This document shows positions 59,126-64,000 of a DNA stretch of 64,000 nt, piece by piece. The DNA lies in the NCBI GenBank assembly GCA_963785085.1, contig CAWAUD010000013.1:7700-71699 (forward strand), read 5' to 3'. This DNA is from an uncultured Solirubrobacterales bacterium (GTDB taxonomy: Bacteria; Actinomycetota; Thermoleophilia; Solirubrobacterales; JBBDJG01). Numbering within the stretch: position 1 is the first letter of the stretch; every line of letters begins with the position of its first letter. Position numbers and translations under genes: made by a program. The notes under the pieces are model-generated. The model was given only the letters and a program-made list of their open reading frames with translations, had not been told where the DNA came from and did no database searches.

Positions 59126-60655
59126 TCCACGGCGTCTCCAAGGCCGGAGTCGTCGTTGCCGCCCTGGTCGCGGCCGCCGCGCTCGTCGACCCGAACACCC
59201 GCCGCCGCGTCACCTGGATGGCGGGCGCGCTGGCACTCGCGGCCGTGATCCTCGTCCAGCACATCTCGGACACCGACCAGTTCCGGTCGATCACGGACGA
59301 CACCGCGAAGGCCGCGGTCCTGATCATCGGCGGCCTGGCGCTCGTGTCCGTGCTGGCGGTGGTCTTCGTCCGCCGCCCCGAGACACTGCCGCTGGCGGTG
59401 GTGGCCGCCCTGCCGTTTCGCATCCCGGTCGAGGCCGCGGGCAGCACGGCGAACCTGCTCGTGCCGCTCTATGTCGTCATCGCCGCCGGAGTCGCGGCGC
59501 TCGCCTGGCGGCGGCTGCTGACTCGCGGCGCCGAGCCGCCGGAGTCGCGGCCTTCGGTGCTTCAGTGGGCGCTGGCCGCCTATGTCGTGGTGTACGCGCT
59601 GCAGAGCCTCTACTCGAAGGACTTCGACACGGCGCTCGAGCAGATCGTCTTCTTCCTGATTCCGTTCGCCGTGCTCTTCGGCCTCCTGACCGAGGTGCGC
59701 TGGAGCCGGGAGCTGGTCGTGCGATGCCTCGGGGTCGCGCTCGTCCTGGCGCTGGTGTTCGTCGCGATCGGATTCTGGGAGTACGAGCGCCGGGAGCTGC
59801 TGTGGAACCCGAAGGTGATCGCAGCGAACCAGTTCGAGTCCTACTTCCGCGTCAACTCCGTCTTCTGGGACCCCAACATCTACGGGCGCTTCCTGATGCT
59901 CGTGATGCTGGGAGCCACGGCGTGGATGCTGTGGAGCCGCCGACCGCGGCGTGACGCTCGCGCTCGGCGTGGTGCTGGCGGTGCTCTGGGCGGGCCTCGT
60001 GCTGACCTTCTCGCAGTCGAGCTTCGCGGCGCTGCTCGCGGGCCTGTTCGTCCTCGCCGCCCTGCGCTGGGACGTGCGGCGGACGGCAGCGGTCGCCGCG
60101 GTCGGTCTCGCGGCCGCCGTGATCTTCGTGCTCGCGTTTCAGAGCACGCTCAAGATCGACCTCGGCAGCAACGCCGGGCTGAACAAGGTCACCAGCGGCC
60201 GCTCGGATCTGATCCAGGGCGGGGTGGAGCTGTTCGCCGACAGGCCGCTGGAGGGGTACGGGTCCGGCTCGTTCGGGCGCGCGTTCCGGCAGGAGCGCAA
60301 GGGCAACCAGGAGGAAGCCGTGTCGGCCTCGCACACGTTGCCCGTGACGGTCGGGGCGGAGCAGGGCTTGATCGGGCTGGCGGTCTACGCGGCGGTGCTT
60401 GCCGCGGCGTTCACGACGCTGCTGGGGAACCGCATGGCGCGCGCCGCGCCGGCCGCCACCGACGGAGTCGTGCGGGCGGCACTGGCGGCGATGTTCTGCG
60501 CGCTGGTGCTGCACACCATGACCTACGCGGCGTTCCTCGAGGACCCGTTCACGTGGGTGATCCTCGCGCTCGGGCTCGCCTTTGCGCCCAGCGCGCAGCT
60601 CGTGGTCGTGCGGCGGTCCTCGCATCGCGCGCCACCGGAGCCCGCGCCCGCCTAG
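59104..60655 (+). pseudogene. O-antigen ligase-like (Wzy_C) polytopic membrane protein, one indel near 59945
   Basis: The ATG at 59104 lies within track ORF 58666..60666. Several TMs run to ..FLMLVMLGATAWMLW. The sequence continues in ORF 59951..60655 (VLTFSQSSFAALLAGL..RPLEGYGSGSF..SHTLPVTVGAEQGLIGL..), the Wzy_C/O-antigen ligase signature. Confidence 0.7.
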
Positions 60656-60668
60656 TGGACGCCTGAGA

Positions 60669-62208
60669 ATGCGCGGCTACCTCGAGCGGCTGGTGCGGAC
60701 CGGCGGCGCGTACACGGCCTCGAGCGTCATCTCGAAGCTGTTCGCGGTCGCGTTGCTGCCGATCTACACGCGGCACCTGACGCGCGCCGACTACGGGGCG
60801 GCGGAGGTGCTCCTGGCGTTCGTCGTCGCGGCGAGCATCATGCTGCGCCTGGGCATCATCGAGGCGCTGCTGCGCTTCTACTACACGTCCGAGGAGCGGG
60901 AGCGCCGCGACGAGATCGTCGCGACCGCGTCGGTCTTCCTGCTCGTGACGACCACGGTCGGCGCGCTGATCGCCCTGCCGTTCGCCGCGCCGCTGTCCGA
61001 GGCGCTGCTGGGCCGCAGCGAGCCGGGGCTGATGCGGATCGCGATCGGCGGCCTGTGGGTGTTCACCAACTACGAGCTGCTGATGGCCCTGTTCCGGCTC
61101 GACGAGCGCGCGAAGGCGTTCTTCACGGCGAGCATCGCGAACGTGCTGCTGACGATCGCGCTCACGCTGTGGCTGGTCGTCGGCCGCGACGAGGGCGCGC
61201 GCGGACTTCTGCTCGGGAACTTCGGCGGCGTCGGCCGTGGTGCTGGCCGCGCTCTTCTGGCTGCAGCGGGAGCGGCTGCGCCCGGCGGGGCGCCCCGCGG
61301 CACTGCGCCCGATGCTGCGCTTCGGCCTGCCCACCATGCCGGCCGAGCTGTCGCTGTACGCGCTCAACTTCATGGATCGCGTGATTCTGGCCCGGGTCTC
61401 CGGGCTGGCCGCCGCCGGCCTCTACTCGCTGGCGGTCAAGTTCAGTCAGGTGGTCACCGTCCTGGTGCGCGGCTTCAACCTCGCCTGGCCGCCGCTGGCG
61501 TACTCGATCCGCGACGACGAGGAGGCTCGCCGCACCTACGCCGTGATCGTGACCTACTTCGTGTTGGTCTCGTTCACCGCCGTGCTCGCGCTGTCGCTCG
61601 AGGCACGATGGGTCGTCCGGGCGCTGGCGGCGCCGCAGTTCTTCCGCTCGTACGAGGCCGTGCCGCTGGTTTCCACCGGAGTGGCGCTGTACGCGCTCTA
61701 CCTCGTGCTGGTCGTTGCCGTCGGCCGCACGGGCCGCACCGAGTTCAACTTCCCGGTGACCGCGACCGCGGCGGCGGTCAACCTCGGGCTCAACCTGCTG
61801 CTGGTCCCGCCCTACGACATCGTCGGCGCCGGCATCGCGCTGGTCGTCTCCTACGTGGTGATGCTGGCGCTGATGCAGGTGGTGTCGCGGCGCCTTTTCC
61901 CGGTGCCGTTCGAGTGGGGGAGGCTGGTGCGGATCGTGGGCCTCGCCGTGGCGTTCTTTGCATTCGGCGACCTGCTGCTGCCCACGCATGGCGTGACAGG
62001 CTTCGTGCTGCGTGGACTGCTCGTCCCACTGTACGTCGGCGCGCTGTACGTGACCCGCTTCTTCCGGCCCGAGGAGCTGCGCGGCGCGCGCGACGTGACT
62101 GCCCGGATCAGCGCCCGGCTCGGTGGGCGCTCAGCGCAGGCGCCGGAGGACCTCGTAGCCCTGCGAAGCCGCGCGGACCTGGTGGACGAGGTGCACGACG
62201 CCCAGTAG
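60669..62208 (+). pseudogene. Wzx-like polysaccharide flippase (MOP/MATE superfamily), one indel near 61225
   Basis: MRGYLERLVRTGGAYTASSVISKLFAVALLPIYTRHLTRADYGAAE.., then a shift into ORF 61237..62208 (..RFGLPTMPAELSLYALNFMDRVILAR..GLYSLAVKF..). About 12-14 TMs. The 3' tail overlaps the convergent gene by 78 nt, so the true stop is uncertain. Confidence 0.7.
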
Positions 62209-63030
62209 GGCGATCAGCACGCTGCGCGCGGCGACCTGGTGAATCGTCGGGTACTGCCCGTCCAGCCCGCCGACCAGCAGGTCGAGGGCGACCGCGAGGG
62301 TGAGCAGGTTCACGAAGCCGGGGAAGACCAGCACCTGCCCGAGGTTGGTCCACCGCGTCCACATGAAGCCGGAGCCGCTGACGCCGGCCCGCCGCTGCTC
62401 GTAGGGCGCGTCCAGGTCCACCAGCTCGGGGTTCCCGCCCTGGCGCGCGAGCACGGCGCGCAGGAACTCAGGCGAGCTGCGCAGCTCGGGCCGGTCGCGG
62501 AACAGCCCGAGCAGGACGTGGTCGCGCGCCGAGTAGGGGACCCGCACCAGGCTCAGCAACGCGATCAGCGCCGCTAGCAGCACCCAGGCATCGTGGCTCG
62601 AGGTGTACACGCCCCAGGCAAGCGCGGCGATCGCGATCGCCGGCACGTAGTAGTGGCCGATCCAGTCGAGGTAGGCGCCGCCGGCGTCGGTCTCGCGCCC
62701 TTCCTCCAGCGCCCGGTAGCGCGCGATCTCGCCGTCGGAGTAGTCGAGCACGAACGACAGCTGAAGCAGCACGAGCCCGATCACGAGGGGCCAGAACTCG
62801 TTCCATGCCAGCAGCAGCGCGCCGCCGATACCGACCAGGATGCCGAGCACCGTCATCTGGTTGGCGCTCAGGCGGGTGTGCAGGGCGATCCAGGTGATCC
62901 GGATCGAGATCCGCCGCACGAGGCGGGCGTATGAGCGGCGGAAGTCGCGCGGCTCTCCGGCGATGCGGCCCTCGCCGCCGCAGATCTGCTGCAGCTCATC
63001 GAGGGTCGGGACGGCGGAGCGGGCGGCCAT
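62131..63030 (-). CDS. CDP-alcohol phosphatidyltransferase-family membrane protein
   Basis: Starts at Met138 of track ORF 62131..63441: ..ANQMTVLGILVGIGGALL..LDYSDGEIARY.. (the DxxDGxxAR part of the CDP-OH-P motif), with several TMs. Confidence 0.7.
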   Translation of the reverse strand: MAARSAVPTLDELQQICGGEGRIAGEPRDFRRSYARLVRRISIRITWIALHTRLSANQMTVLGILVGIGGALLLAWNEFWPLVIGLVLLQLSFVLDYSDGEIARYRALEEGRETDAGGAYLDWIGHYYVPAIAIAALAWGVYTSSHDAWVLLAALIALLSLVRVPYSARDHVLLGLFRDRPELRSSPEFLRAVLARQGGNPELVDLDAPYEQRRAGVSGSGFMWTRWTNLGQVLVFPGFVNLLTLAVALDLLVGGLDGQYPTIHQVAARSVLIALLGVVHLVHQVRAASQGYEVLRRLR

Positions 63031-63048
63031 GTGCGGAAGAATAGGTAC

Positions 63049-63762
63049 GTGCCTGGAGTGATCCCCGCGGTCTTTCTGGCGGCGGGCGAAGGGAAGCGCC
63101 TGCGCCCGCTGACTGCCGACCGCCCCAAGGCGATGATCGAGATCGACGGCATCGCTCTCGCAGAACGCGCCCTGCGCAGCCTGCGCGGCGCCGGCATCGA
63201 GCGTGTCGTCGCCGTCACCGGCCACCGGCCGGAAGTGCTGGGGAGCCTTGGCGACCTGATCACCGAGGAGCGGCCGAACGAGCGCTACGCCGATCTCGAG
63301 AACATCTATTCGCTGTGGCTGGCACGGGACGTCGTGGCCGAGGGCTGCTTCATTGTCAACGCGGACGTGCTCTTCGAGAACGAGATCGGCCGGCGGCTCG
63401 TGTCCGCGACCGGCTCGGCGATCCTGTGCGCCTCCGACCACGGCGTGGACGCCGAGTCCATGAAGGCGGTCGCATCGGATGGCCGTCTCGAGCGGTTGAC
63501 GAAGAACGCTCCCGCCGAGGGCAACCCCGAGTACATCGGCCTGGCCCGGATCGACCCCGCGGACGGTCCCAGGCTGGCCTCGATCCTGGACGAGTTCGTC
63601 CAGTCCGGCCGGACGTCCGTCTACTACGAGGACGCGATCGAGTGGCTTGCGCGCGAAGTTTCAGTGAGACTGTTGCCGGTGGACGGGATGGCGTGGATAG
63701 AGATCGACGATCACTCAGACCTCGAGCGCGCCGAGCGCGAGGTACTGGAGCGCGTCGCGTGA
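63049..63762 (+). CDS. sugar/alcohol-phosphate nucleotidyltransferase (NTP_transferase fold; cytidylyltransferase-like)
   Basis: VPGVIPAVFLAAGEGKRLRPLTADRPKAMIEIDG (GxGxRLxPLT), ..YIGLARI..YYEDAI... The GTG at 63049 is preferred. The track ORF starts at GTG 63031, directly abutting the divergent ATG at 63030. Confidence 0.75.
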   Translation: MPGVIPAVFLAAGEGKRLRPLTADRPKAMIEIDGIALAERALRSLRGAGIERVVAVTGHRPEVLGSLGDLITEERPNERYADLENIYSLWLARDVVAEGCFIVNADVLFENEIGRRLVSATGSAILCASDHGVDAESMKAVASDGRLERLTKNAPAEGNPEYIGLARIDPADGPRLASILDEFVQSGRTSVYYEDAIEWLAREVSVRLLPVDGMAWIEIDDHSDLERAEREVLERVA

Positions 63763-64000
63763 GCGGGGCGGGGGAGATGGGCGCCACGGCGCCCGGGCTC
63801 ATGAGCGAGCCCGACGAGGCCGTCTCCGTCTTTCGCCGGTTCATGGAGCTGCCCCGCTACCTGCGGGTGGTCCACGGCCACGAGGCGCTGGCGGGCACCG
63901 TGGGCGAGATCTGCGCCCAACTGGGCTTCGGGTCGGTTGCCGTCGCCAGCGGAACAGGCTTCACCCGCGGTCCGGCAGAGCGGCTCGCGGCCGCGCTGAG
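63759..64000 (+). CDS. 5' part of an Fe-dependent alcohol dehydrogenase / glycerol-1-phosphate dehydrogenase-like protein (partial, runs off the window)
   Basis: The GTG at 63759 overlaps the upstream stop (GTGA). Open to the window end: ..FRRFMELPRYLRVVHGHEALAGTVGEICAQLGFGSVAVASGTGFTRGPAERLAAAL, resembling the N-terminus of the dehydroquinate synthase-like / Fe-ADH superfamily. Weak assignment. Confidence 0.35.
   Translation, partial: MSGAGEMGATAPGLMSEPDEAVSVFRRFMELPRYLRVVHGHEALAGTVGEICAQLGFGSVAVASGTGFTRGPAERLAAAL

Overview
High-GC (about 70% by eye) chromosomal window spanning the replication-origin region of an Actinomycetota-like bacterium. A deep-branching Thermoleophilia/Rubrobacteria-type lineage is my inference only, from gene order and protein motifs. 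The left 27 kb is mostly minus-strand: tatC-tatA, dcd, a polyprenyl synthase-menG-qcrCBA respiratory block, a hemL / siroheme-decarboxylase-like / hemB block, an ABC-2 exporter, GT-C/GtrA envelope genes, and parB-parA-rsmG-jag-yidC-yidD-rnpA-rpmH. Transcription then switches to the plus strand: dnaA-dnaN-recF-DUF721(DciA-like)-gyrB-gyrA. After a short minus-strand block (an HNH endonuclease, pheA and three less well characterised genes) comes the conserved fhaA-fhaB-pstP-ftsW/rodA-pbpA-pknB division cluster, here extended by a ddl gene, and finally a 10-kb cell-envelope glycan locus. There are two tRNAs (Lys-CTT, Ile-GAT). I see no rRNA, CRISPR, transposase, integrase or recognisable defence island. 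Two points matter most. (1) About 40-50 single-base indels break conserved and essential genes (gyrA, gyrB, recF, hemL, hemB, qcrB, yidC and others). They are very unevenly spread, and I read them as assembly or base-calling errors, not biology. (2) The one signal I cannot assign to a known element is a family of tandem 7-bp repeats, consensus [T/C/G]AG[G/T/A]C[G/C]G. Four arrays start at or abut a stop codon, always with the TAG-bearing strand as the sense strand of that gene, and two of them exactly fill convergent intergenic gaps. A fifth array lies inside pstP with TAG replaced by CAG/GAG. I did not find a convincing novel multi-gene system. All coordinates for frameshifted genes are outer boundaries, and no similarity search was run.
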